Shown: positions 42,201-52,853 of the stretch, piece by piece
Numbering within the stretch: position 1 is the stretch's first letter
Layout: each line of letters opens with the position of its first letter
NCBI GenBank assembly: GCA_014905635.1
Contig: JABVCE010000028.1
Coordinates: forward strand, 434,001 to 498,000
Direction: 5' to 3'
Origin: Scenedesmus sp. PABB004
Taxonomy: Eukaryota
Length of the DNA stretch: 64,000 nt
Notes under the pieces: generated by a model
What the model saw: the letters and a program-made list of their open reading frames with translations, nothing else
Told to the model about the DNA's origin: nothing
Databases searched by the model: none
Made by a program: the position numbers and the translations under genes

Positions 42201-44942
42201 GCGCCGGCAGCGCCGGCAGCGCCGGCAGTGCCAAGAGCGCCGCCAGGCTGGCGCGGCTCGGCGGCGGCGGCGCCGGCGGGGCGCCGGACGGCCGCCGCGG
42301 CCGCAGGGCGTTTGGGCGCGTGGGCACCATCCCGCGTGCCCTGCTGCACAGCACGTCGTCGCGCTTCGCGGGTGTCATTCTCACGCCCTCCGCGTCCGTG
42401 GTGAGTCGCGTGGGGCACCATGCGCGCCGAGGCTGCTGCGGCGCGATCCTCCGCGCGCGCGGCCGGCGCCCAGCCGGCCGCCGGCGGGCGGCCCACACCG
42501 CGCCGCGCGCCCGCCGCACCCGCAGAGCGCCCTGCTGCACCGCCGCCAGCTGGCCGCGCTCGAGCCGCCGGCCGTGCTCAAGCTGCAGCTCCACGGCGTG
42601 CTGCCAATCTTCATCCGCGCGCGCAGCAGCGCGGCGTCGGCGGCCGCCGCCGCGGCGGACGGCGCCGCGGACGAGCCGCAGCCGGCGCGCGCGCGGAGCA
42701 AGGTCAGCAGCATCTGGCCCAGCGACGCCTCCGCGGCCGCCGCGGCCGGCTGCCCCTGGTTCATCGTGGCGGCGCTGGGGCCGTTCTGGGTGCGCTCGGC
42801 GACGCTCGCGCCGGACGACGCCGGCGCCGACCTCGCGTGGACGCTGCTGCTCCCCGTCGACGCGCCCGCGTCGTCCGTGCTCACCCTCGGCGTCTTCTGC
42901 CTGCCGGGCAAGCCCGCGGACGCGCCGGTGCTGCTGGGCAAGGCGCAGCTGCAGCTCGCGTCGCACCTCCCGGGGCGGGAGTGCCGGCACACGCTGTTCC
43001 TCCCCGCCGGCTGCGCCGCCGGCAAGGACGAGCCCACCGGCCTGGCGACCCTCATCGACACGACGACCACCGACGCCGCCGCGGCGCCGCCGGCCGGCGC
43101 GGAGGCGGCCTGCGCCGGCGGCGCCGCCCGGGGCGAGGCGGCGCCCGGCGGCGCGCTGGGCGGTCGCGGCGCGCTGTACAAGAGCACCAGCGTGCTCGTG
43201 CGGGGGTCGGTCACGCTAGACGCCCTGCTGTCGCCGCAGGCGCAGCCGCCGGCGCCGGCGCCGGCGCGGTCGCGCGAGCTGCCCGCGGGCCGGGGCAGCG
43301 GCGGCAGTGCCAGTGCCAGCGGCGGCAGCTTCAGGGCCGCCCTGCGGCGCCGCTTCGCCCGGGGGACCAGCAGCACCAGCCGCAGCGCCAGCGGCGCCAG
43401 CGCGGCCCTCGGCTCGCCGGCGCGCGCCGCCGCCAGCAGCAGCGCCACGCCCGCGGGCCCGCCGTCGGGGCGCAACGCCGGCGTGCTCGCTGAGGCCGGC
43501 GTGGGCGCCGTGGTGGAGGCCTCGGTCTGCCTCACCTATCGCTCCTGGCGCCACGCAGTCGCCGCCTACACAAAGCCGGCGCGGCCGCGGGGCTTCTACG
43601 CCCTGGGCCTGGACGGCCACGAGCCCGAGGTGGCGCGCCTGCAGGAGGCCCTCGCGGCGCGGTGAGCGGGGCCACACACCGCATGCCGCTCCGTCGACCG
43701 TGCAGCGCCGCGCCGCGCACCACGCCGGCCGGCGCCGCCGGCGCCACCGACGCCGCCGGCCGACGCCGCCGGCGACGCCGCACCGCAGGTGGCTCGCGCA
43801 CTGCCAGCCGCCCGTGCCGGCGGCAGTGGGCGAGCAGCTGCGCGACAGCGGGCGGCTCGCGTTCAGCCTCAGCCGCACCAAGGCCACCGCCATCAGGTGC
43901 GGGCAGCGCCCTCGCGCGCGCGGCGCGCAGGCGGCGCGGCGCGGGCGGGGCAGCGCAGGCCGTGCCTCGCGCCACGCGCCTCGCGCCTCGCGCCGCATGC
44001 CGCTCGCGCGCCGCGGCCACGAGCGCCGCCGCCCGCCCGGCCACCGCCGCCCGGCCCGGCCCGGCCGCCGCAGGCTGCTGCTCTCGCTCAACTGGCTGGT
44101 CGCGCTGCACCGCGCGTGGGGCGACGTGCGGACGTGGCGGCGCCCCGCGGCGAGCGCCAAGGTCGCCGCCATACTGGCCATGTTTGTGGCGCAGCCCGGC
44201 CGCGCCGCCGCCGCGCTGCTGCTCTGGCGGCTCGTGCGCTGGGCGTGGAGCGCGCTGCGCGTCGGCGTCGGCGGTCTGTGGCTCGGGCGGCTGCTGCGCC
44301 CCCCGGACACCAGCCCGGCGGCGCTGCTGCAGGTGCGGCGCGCGGGCGGCCGCCGCACGCGTGTGGCCGGCACGCCGGCGCCGGCGCCGCCGAGGGCGGC
44401 CGCCGCCGCGCCCTGCCTCATCGCCGCAGTCCGCCGCCGCGCTGGAGCTCGAGCCCGCCGTGGCGGCGATTCTGGCGAGCCAGGGGACGGTCCCCAGCAG
44501 CAGCGCTGTGAACGAGCTCAAGCGCCGGCTGGAACAGGTGCGCCGCGAGACGCGCGCGGGGGGCGTGGCACGGGGGCGTGCGGCGTGGCGTGGCACGTCG
44601 CGCGCGCTGCCCGCCCGCCACCCCGCCGCCGCCGCGCGGCCCTGCGCCCCCGCGCCGCCCGCGCAGGCCCAGGCGGCGGCGCTCTCGCTGCAGAGCGGCC
44701 TCGCCGCCGCCGCCGACCGCGCCGAGCGCTTCGCCCTGCTCGGCGGCTGGGCCGACCCCGTCGCGGGGGCGCTGTGGTTTGTGCTCGGGCTGCTCTTCGT
44801 CGCGGCGTTTGCCTGCCTGGGCCTGGTGCAGACGCTGGCGCTCATCGCGCTGTGGAAGATGCGGCCGCCCGCGATGCGCAAGGGCGGGCCCGGCAAGGTC
44901 GGCCAGCTCGCCGCGCACCTGCCGCTCGCGAGCCAGAGCTGA
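39212..44942 (+). CDS. MCTP-like multiple C2 domain and transmembrane protein (C2 + PRT_C)
   Basis: N-terminal C2: LHVQLRGASGLPACGWDGGCSAYATVAFDGATHRTAVVKHTTSPDW...FEVWHTDRMGSIFLGQAHV. A further degenerate C2 (FIVAALGPFWVRSATL...LTLGVF...LLGKAQL). C-terminal PRT_C-like FSLSRTKA...RTWRRP and ERFALLGGWADP-TM-RPPAMR...HLP. Confidence 0.78.
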
Positions 44943-45210
44943 GAGCTGAGCGTCGGCGGCCGGCGGCCGCCGGCCGCACGAACGAGACGAGACCTGGGAA
45001 CGCCAGTGTGTGCATCCCACCTCGCATGTGGGACGAGGTGGAGAGCTGGTTCCATGGGCATTTGAGGGGGGCATTTTATGGGGGGCATTTCATCGGCACT
45101 GCCGCCGCATCCGAGAGCGCCTGCGCAGCCCGGTCAACAGCGACCTGGCACCGATGGCGCGGCGGTGACGCCGCGCGCGCGAGCGGGGGGCGCCTTCTTT
45201 CCGAGATGCT

Positions 45211-45215
45211 TGTAA
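45211..45215 (+). promoter_or_regulatory. TGTAA polyadenylation signal of the MCTP-like gene
   Basis: TGTAA about 270 nt after the stop at 44942. Confidence 0.5.
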
Positions 45216-45416
45216 AGCAGGCGCCCGGCGGTCGGAGCGGCCTGCGGACCCGCCGCCGCGGCCGCGTACGGCGCGCCGCCGCGACGTCCTCCGCGCCGGC
45301 GCCCGCCCCCCACGCGCCCCCCGTCGACGCCATCTCCCCGCTCACCCGTCAATGCGCACATTCCCTTCCTCGCGCCGATCTGCGCATCCATCCAGCCCCG
45401 CGCGCAGCCAGCCAGG

Positions 45417-46981
45417 ATGGCGCGCCGCATCGTCCTCGCTGCCGCGCTGCTCCTGGCCGCCGGCCAGGCCCTGCTCTGCGCCGACGCGCACGGGTGAGCC
45501 ACGAGCGATCACTGACACGGGCCGCGCAGCGCCTGCGCCAGCGCAGCGCCCACCGCGCCGACCGCGCCTGCTCTCGCGCTGCTCCGCCTCCTGGCGGGCG
45601 CGGCGCGGCGCCTGCATTTTCACGGTCAATCCGCGGCGCGCAGCCCGCCGCCGCGCCCGCGCGCGAGCCCGGCGGCGGCGGCTGTACCTTTCACTGCAGC
45701 GCAGTCGCCCCGGCGGCACCCCGGCGGCACCGGCACCCGGTGCCGCCGCACTTCACCCAAGACCCTTTCCACCCATCCCTCTCACTGACTCCCTATCTAT
45801 CCCTGTCTCACACGCACGCACACCGCCGCCGCCACCCCGCAGCGGGTCGTTCCACGGCCCCAAGACGCCGGCGGACTACGGCTACCCGCGGGCCGTGATC
45901 AAGCAGTGCGCGTCATTCACGGCGCTGCCCGGCGCGGCGAAGCTCGGCGCCGCGCCGCGCCTCGCGGGGCGCGCGATCGTGCAGAGCTACCTGTACAAGA
46001 ACTGCAGCAGCATGATGTCGTCCAGCGTGCAGCTGGAGGTCGCGCTCACGTCCGCCGCCGCCGGCGGCGCGGCGGGCGGGCCGCAGCGCCCCGTCGCGGG
46101 CGCGTCGTTCGCGGGCGCCGTGCTCAACCGTGAGCGCGGCTGCGGGCGCCGGCGGGGCTGCTGGCGCGCGGCGGTCGGCGCGGCGGTCGGCGCGCGGCGG
46201 TCGGCGCGCGGCGGTCGGCGCGCCGGGGGCGGCACGGGGCGACGCAGCGCAGTGCAGAGCACGCTCGCTGCTGCGGCGCGGCGCCCTGAGCCGCGCGCCC
46301 GGGCGCCGCCCCTGCAGAGCCCTGCCAGAGCCTGACGGCCGCGTCCACTGGCCTCTTCAACCTGGGCAACACAAAGAGCGCCGCCGACGCGAGCAACTAC
46401 GTGCGAAGCGCGCGCCAACCGCGCTGCGCACCCGCGGCCGCGCAGCGCAGCCGGCGCGCCGCGCGCGCGCGCGCGCGCTGTGGCACCGCCCGACGCCGCG
46501 CCGCGGCCGCCGCGCCGCCGCCGCCGCCGCCGCCGCCGCAGCTCTGGTGGTCAGCCGCGGTGACCGACGCCGCGGGCAAGATCCGCGGCCACGGCGCGAA
46601 CGACGGCCGGCCGACCGCGGCGAGCGTGGGCCAGATCCGCAGCGTCGTGCTGTTCCTGAACGACCCCGAGCCCGCCGGCCACGCCGAGGGCCACAGCCAC
46701 GCCGCCCACGGCCTCGGCCAGGCGGTCGAGCGCGAGGAGGAGCCCGACACGGGCGTGGTGCAGAACCTGCGCGGCTGGCTCGGCAGTGAGTCGCGTGGCG
46801 GCCGCGGCAAGCGGCCCAGCGGCCAGCGGCCAGCGGCCCGCCCGCCCGACCGCCCGCCGCGCCCGCGCGCCGCCGCCGCCGCCACGCAGAGGCGGCATTC
46901 TGCTGCGACTTTGCGCCGGGCGTCGTCGACGCCAAGTGGCAGACCGCGCTGGACAAGGTGCCCGGCACGACCAAGTGCTGA
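45417..46981 (+). CDS. Secreted protein, probable degenerate Cu/Zn-SOD-like fold (5 exons)
   Basis: Signal peptide MARRIVLAAALLLAAGQALLCADA. Spliced sequence FAGAVLNQPCQ...SNYLWWSAAVTDAAGK...IRSVVLFL..HAEGHSHAAH...AAFCCDF...TTKC*. The gene model is solid; the fold is an inference. Confidence 0.65.
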
Positions 46982-47810
46982 CCGGCGCGCTTCAGACCAG
47001 ACCGCTGCGGCTCACAGCCGCAGCGTGCGAGCGTGATGGAAATCCTTCCAACAAAGGATGTTTGCCTGCTGATTATCAGTACCTATTGCCCAAGCTGCGA
47101 CAGAGGCTCTAATGCGCGTCCTGCCTGGCCTTGCGCGCGTTTGCGACGACGGCGGCCCGTGCCGCCGCGGCGCCGCGCGCTCTAGAAGAGCAGGCGGGGG
47201 CGACGTGCTGCCATCACTTGGCGCGGCGGGCGCTTGCCCTGCTACTGCGGCTGTGGCTCTGCATCTTGTGGGCCCTTATTGCCCGCCGCGGTCCGACCTC
47301 AGGCGGCAGCGGCGGCGAACTGATGCAACCGAATTCACTGCCGTGCCGATCGATCGGAGGGACCGGAGCGGCTGCAACCGACGCAGCCGCTCCGGCGCTC
47401 GCTGCGTGCTGGGGCTGCGGGCGTGCGCGCGAGCGACTGACGTCGCCTGGCTGCGGCGGCGGTCGACGGACGCGAGCTTGAGCGGACGGCAGACGTTTTC
47501 CCGAGCCGCTCCGGGCGCGCGCTCACAGACCGCGACACACGCGCGCGCAAAGGGCGCGCGGGCAGCAACAACAAACGGGCAGTGCGTGGGGGTTGGGTTG
47601 GGTGGCGCGCGGCTCGTAGTACACACCCAACGCTCAGCACACGCCGCAGTGTGCTGGTTGGGGTGGGTTGGGTTCGCAGTTGATCATCGACGCGGCGCGC
47701 GGCGCGCACAGCCGTCGTTCAATCGTGGCGGCCCGCGCCCGCGCGTGCGCCCGCGCAGGGGCGGGCGCTGCGGCGCGTGCCGGGCGTAATCGTGTGACTG
47801 CGGCCGCCCC

Positions 47811-49722
47811 TCAGCGCCAGCCGCACGCGGCGAGGAATGCCTGGTGGCGGTCGTAGTCGTATGGCCGGTCGAAGCAAGGCACAAACGGCCCAAAGCTCCC
47901 CGGCCCCGCCACGATCGCGCCGGGGCCGTCGTCGACGAGCACCGCCGCGTCGACGCCCGAGCCGGAGCCGGCGCCCGCGCCCTTGCCGCTGCCGCTGCCG
48001 CCGCCGGCGTGGAGCATCGACGACGCCCACGCGCCCCAGGTCGCCGCCGGCGCCGCGGCGCCCTTGGCCGGCGCGTGGTAGTCGCGCGTCGCCACAAACT
48101 CGACCTTGGTCCGCGTCACGGCGTCAATGAAGGGGTGCAGCACCTGCCCGCCGCGGCGGCGGCGGTGGACGGGTGTGAGCCGCGGCGTTGTGAGCTGCCG
48201 GGGAGGGGCGAGGCGAGCTCGGGCCGCCCGCGCCGGCACGGGCGCGCGCCAGGCTCGGGCGCCGCCGCCGCGGCTGCCGCTGGCGCCGCCGCCGGCGCAC
48301 CTTCCAGGCGACCGAGAAGAGCGTGGGCGCGTTGACCACGTACGCCTTGTAGAGGCGCTCCGGGTAGTGGTTGGCCAGCAGCTGCAGCACCTGCGTGGCC
48401 GTCGCAGGGGGCGTGGGCTGTGTGGGAGGCGCACAGCGCGCGGCGTGTGGCGAGTGTGCCAGAGGTGACTTCGAACCAGCAGTTGAGCTGTGGCGAGCGC
48501 CGGCGCGCGCGGCGCGCACCTGCAGCGTCGTGCTCAGGTGAGGCGCGTTGGCGGGCGAGTACACTGCGGCACGGCGCGGGCGCGGGCGCGGCGTCAGCCC
48601 CGCTCTGTGCCCGCGCGGGCCGCGCCGCGCCGGCGCAACAGTCGCGCTGCGCCTGGCGGCCGCCGCCGAGGGTCGCGGCCGCCGCCGCCGCCGGCGCAGC
48701 CGCCGCCGCCGCCGCACCGGTCATGTCGAGCACCCAGACCCACTGCTCCGCGCCGTGCTTCATGTTTTTGATCGCCGTCTCGATGACAAACGTCATGTAG
48801 CGGAGGTACTGGTATCACGCGGGCGGGGCGGGCGGTTGGGCGGGCGCAGGCGGCGCGCGGGGCGTTGCGCGCGCGCGCGCGCGCACCTCGTCCGACTCGG
48901 CCAGCGGCAGCTTGTCACGGCGCTTGCGGAACATCTGCGGCGGCGGCGCGGACGCGCGGCGTGGGCGCGGCGCGGCTCGGGCGCCGCCGCCGCGGCCGCC
49001 GCGCCGCCGCCGGCGCACGCACCACGACGCTGCGCCCGTCGGCGTCGTTGCCGTCGACGTACACCCAGCCGTCGCGCATGAAGCGGCTGCCCGCAAACTC
49101 CTCCCGGCTCAGCTCGTCTGCCGGCGACGGCAGCGGCGCCCGGGTCGGCGGCCGCATGCGCCCGCGCGCGCGAGCGCGTTCGTGCGCGAGGGCCGGCCCA
49201 CGCGGCGGCGGCGGCTGCCGCTCACCGATCCTGTGCTCGCGGCGGTACTCCAGCGTCGCCTTGACCATCGCGGCCGCCTTGCTGCGCGGCGGCGGCGGGC
49301 GCGCGCGGCGGGTGCGGGTGCGGCGGCGGGTGAGCGGCGCGCCGCCGCCGCCGCCGGGCGCGCGGTGTTCGCTGCCACCAAATAATATGAGCGCGCCACC
49401 GGCGCCCTCGCCGCGGCCGCCCGGGCAGCGCCGGGCGCGAGGCTACAACAGCAGCTCGGCGCTTTTTGGTCCCCCTGCTCACTCCAGGTCTCCGTTGCGC
49501 GCGCGCAGGTAGCGGTTGAGGCAGGCCTCGTCGCAGACTGCGGGTGCGCCGGCGTGCGGGGCGTCCGGGCCGCGGGACGTGGAGCTGGGGCCCCGCGCGC
49601 GCGCGCGGCTGCCCGCCCGGCCGGCGCCGCCGCGCGCTGGCGCTGCGCCTGGCCGCACATGACTCGTCGAAGGCGCCGTCAGCCCTCAGCCGAGCCGCCA
49701 GGGCCGCGGCGTCGCCCTTCAT
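47811..49722 (-). CDS. CRAL-TRIO / Sec14-like lipid transfer protein, multi-exon
   Basis: DEACLNRYLRARNGDL-KAAAMVKATLEYR (CRAL_TRIO_N), G.[58 protein letters not shown]. Confidence 0.92.
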
Positions 49723-50159
49723 CGCGGTGCGCGGTCCTCTGCTGCTGCCGCGCGCTGGTGCCTGCAGCTGGTGCTGCCGCGGCGGCCCTGCAGCGGCTTG
49801 AGCTTGTGCGAGCGGGCTCGCGCGCGCGGGTTGACGGGCGTGAGGGGTCGGGGGCTTTGTATGTGTCGCTTCGCCTCCTTGGGCCCCGACGCTGTTGGCT
49901 CTCGAGCACAGCACAGCGACCGGATCACGGACGCAGGCCAGACTGCGGGCGCGCGAGCGCCGCGCCGCGCGCCCGCCCGCCGCTGCTGCGCGACCGGTCG
50001 CCGCCGCCGCCGCCGCGCGCGGCGCCCCTGCCGCCCCTGCGGCCCCGTGCCCCCGCGGCCCCTTGCCACCAGCAGCTGGTGGTGCCGCTGTGAGCAGCCG
50101 TGCGAGCCCGGGCCGCGCGCGCGCACGGCGCCGGCGCCAACCGCCGCGGCGCGACCGCG

Positions 50160-50851
50160 ATGTACGAGTGCGCCTGCGGCTTCGCGGCGCCGACGGCGAC
50201 GGCGATGCACAAGCACCTGACCTCCGCCGGGCAGACGGGTGCGCCGCCGCGCCCGCCGCGCCGCGCCGCACGCAGCGCCGCACGCGCCTGACGCCGCGCA
50301 ACGCGCGCGCCCCCAGACGGCGGCGGCGAGCACCGGCTGAAGACGAGCCTGCTGGCGGCCAAGCACGCCGCCGCGACGGCGAGCGCGCGCGCCGGCCGGG
50401 CGCCCAGCCCCGCCGAGGAGCAGCAGCTCGGCGGCCCGCTGCAGCAGCACACCGCCGCGCAGGCGCGCGTCGCGGCGGGCGCGAGCGCGGAGCTGGCGTG
50501 GGCGTGGGGGGCGCAGCAGCAGCAGCAGCAGCAGCAGCAGCCGCAGCCGCGGCGGCGGCCGGGCAGCGCGAGCCCCGCGGCGGGCGAGCCGCCGCCCGCG
50601 CCGCGCGCGGCGAGCCCCGCCGCGGCGGCGGCGGCCAGCCGCCTCAACGTGGCGCTCGCGGCCGCCATCAGCACCTCGCCCACACGGGCGGTGCGCTACC
50701 CGGACTCCCCCTGCGGCGGCGGCGCCGGCGCGTGGGCCGGCGCGCCGGGCAAGGCGCAGCCGCAGGAGCACCACAACGTGCTGCCGCCGGCCGTGCCGTC
50801 GCCGAGCAGGCCGCCCGCGCGCAGCCCGCGGGCGCAGCACGCGCAGCACGC

Positions 50852-50895
<44 letters not shown>

Positions 50896-52393
50896 CGTCG
50901 CTGGGCGCGCGCCTCGGCGGCTCCATGATCGCCGCCCTCAACGGCTGGCTCGTGAGCGAGGCGGTCGGCGCGGCCTCGGCGGCGGCCGCCTCGGCGCTCG
51001 CGGGCGGCGGCGGCGGCGACGACGCCTGCGGCGGCAGCACGATGCGGGCCGCCGGCGGCGCTGCCGGCGCCGCGCCGCTGGCCACGCCCGAGGCGTCGCG
51101 GCGCTGGTCGCTGGGCGGCCTGCTGCGGGCGGCCGCCACGGCCTCGCCGCGCGCCAGCCCGCGCGAGGGGTGGCTGCAGGGTGCGCGGGCCGACCGCCAC
51201 GGCAGCAGCAGCAGCGGCAGCGACGACGCCGGCGACGGCGTCGACGCGTGCGCGCTGTTCAGCAGCAGCGGCGATGACGAGCCGGCCGGCGCCGGCGGCG
51301 TGCGCGGCGAGAGCGCGAGCGCGGCGGCGGGCGTGCCGGGCGCGGCGCGCCGCGCGCGCGCGCTGCGCCGACTGCTCCTGTGGCGCAGCCCTGCGGCGAG
51401 CGCCAAGGCCCTGGGCGCGGGGCTGTACCTGCTGCTGCTGGTGTCGTACGTGCCGCGCGGTGCGGCAGCTTGCGCAGCGCTGTGGCGGCCGGCCCTCGCA
51501 CGTCCCTGAGCGCGCCCGCGCGCGCCGCCGCCGCGCGGCAGGTCTGCACGCCATGCAGGCCACCACGCTGCTGCCCGCTGGCGCCCTGCTGTACCTCGCC
51601 TACAACCTGGCCAAGCCCTGGGCGATGCGGTGAGCGGGGGTCGCCCGGCAGGCGTCGGCGGTCACGGATGCGGCAGCGCGCGCGCTCAGGCGCTGCCGCC
51701 GCGCGTCGCGCCGCCGCCCGCCGCGCCGCCGCCTTGCAGGCTGTACTGCCGCGTCGCTGGGCGCAGCGCGCCGGCGCTCGAGGCGCGCCTCGCGGCGGCC
51801 GAGGCCGCGGCGGCCGGCCGCGCGGCCGCGCTGTGCGGCGCCGCGGCGCGCGAGGCCGGCGCCTGGGCGCTCGGCGCGCTCGCGCTCGCCGACGGCGCGC
51901 TGCGCGGCCGCCGCTTCACCGCGACCGTGTGGACGGCGCTCAGCCTCTGGCTGCTCCTGCTGGTCAGCGAGCTGCGCCTCGTCAGCCAGGCGCGTCCGAT
52001 GCGCGCGTGCCGCCCGGCGCTGGCCGCTGCGCCGCGCCGCGCCGCACCGAGCCGCCGGCCCACCCCTTGCCCCGCCGCCGCCGCCGTCCGGCGCCGGCGC
52101 AGACGCTGCTGGTGCTGCTGGCGTACGGCGGGCTGTTTGTGGTGCCCTGGGCGTACACGCAGTTCCGGGCGGCCATCGATGCGCTCGTGTATGAGGCGCT
52201 GACCTTCCTGGCGGCCCTGACCTTCCACGCCGAGCGCTGGGTCTACGGCCTCGCCGGCCTCGCGGCCGCAGGCGCGTGGCACGCGCTCGCGCCGGAGCGC
52301 CCGGGCGAGGGCAGCGTCGTCGTGCGCGGCAGCGCGGCGGCGCTCGCGGCGCTCGCGGTGCTCGTGTGGCGCGTCGCGGCGGCCGAGGCGTGA
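50160..52393 (+). CDS. Reticulon-like membrane protein with a long disordered N-terminus and an N-terminal Cys/His motif
   Basis: RRLLLWRSPAASAKALGAGLYLLL at the start of a reticulon-type domain. Two long hydrophobic regions, TLLVLLAYGGLFVVPWAY...IDAL. First exon MYECACGF...MHKHL. TGTAA at 52408. Confidence 0.72.
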
Positions 52394-52658
52394 GCCCGCG
52401 GGGCCCGTGTAAACTTCACAGCCGAGGGCAACTCAACTTTTACTCTCTCGCACGCCAGGACAGGGGGGGGACAGGGCACACGAGAGGGTGTGCCAGGGGG
52501 TGGAGGTGGGTCAGGGGAGGGCGCGAGCGCAGCCATTATGCGCACGCGCCATGCGTGGGCGGCAGCGGGGCGCCCGACCGCGCTGCTGGCGTGCGATCAT
52601 TCATGCCGCTTATTCGAACGCCCACGGCGTCCCCGCCGTTCTCGTTGACCAGCTCCAT

Positions 52659-52659
<1 letters not shown>

Positions 52660-52737
<78 letters not shown>
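52660..52737. repeat. (CA)n microsatellite between convergent genes
   Basis: Perfect dinucleotide run of about 78 bp. Confidence 0.97.
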
Positions 52738-52740
<3 letters not shown>

Positions 52741-52853
52741 ACACACAATCACAGCGCTCAGCACACACTCCCAGCCTCGGACACGTGGACATATCGTTCG
52801 CGCCCGCACACGAGCCCGCGCGCCCGCGGAGCGCATGCAGGATGCCTTGCTGG

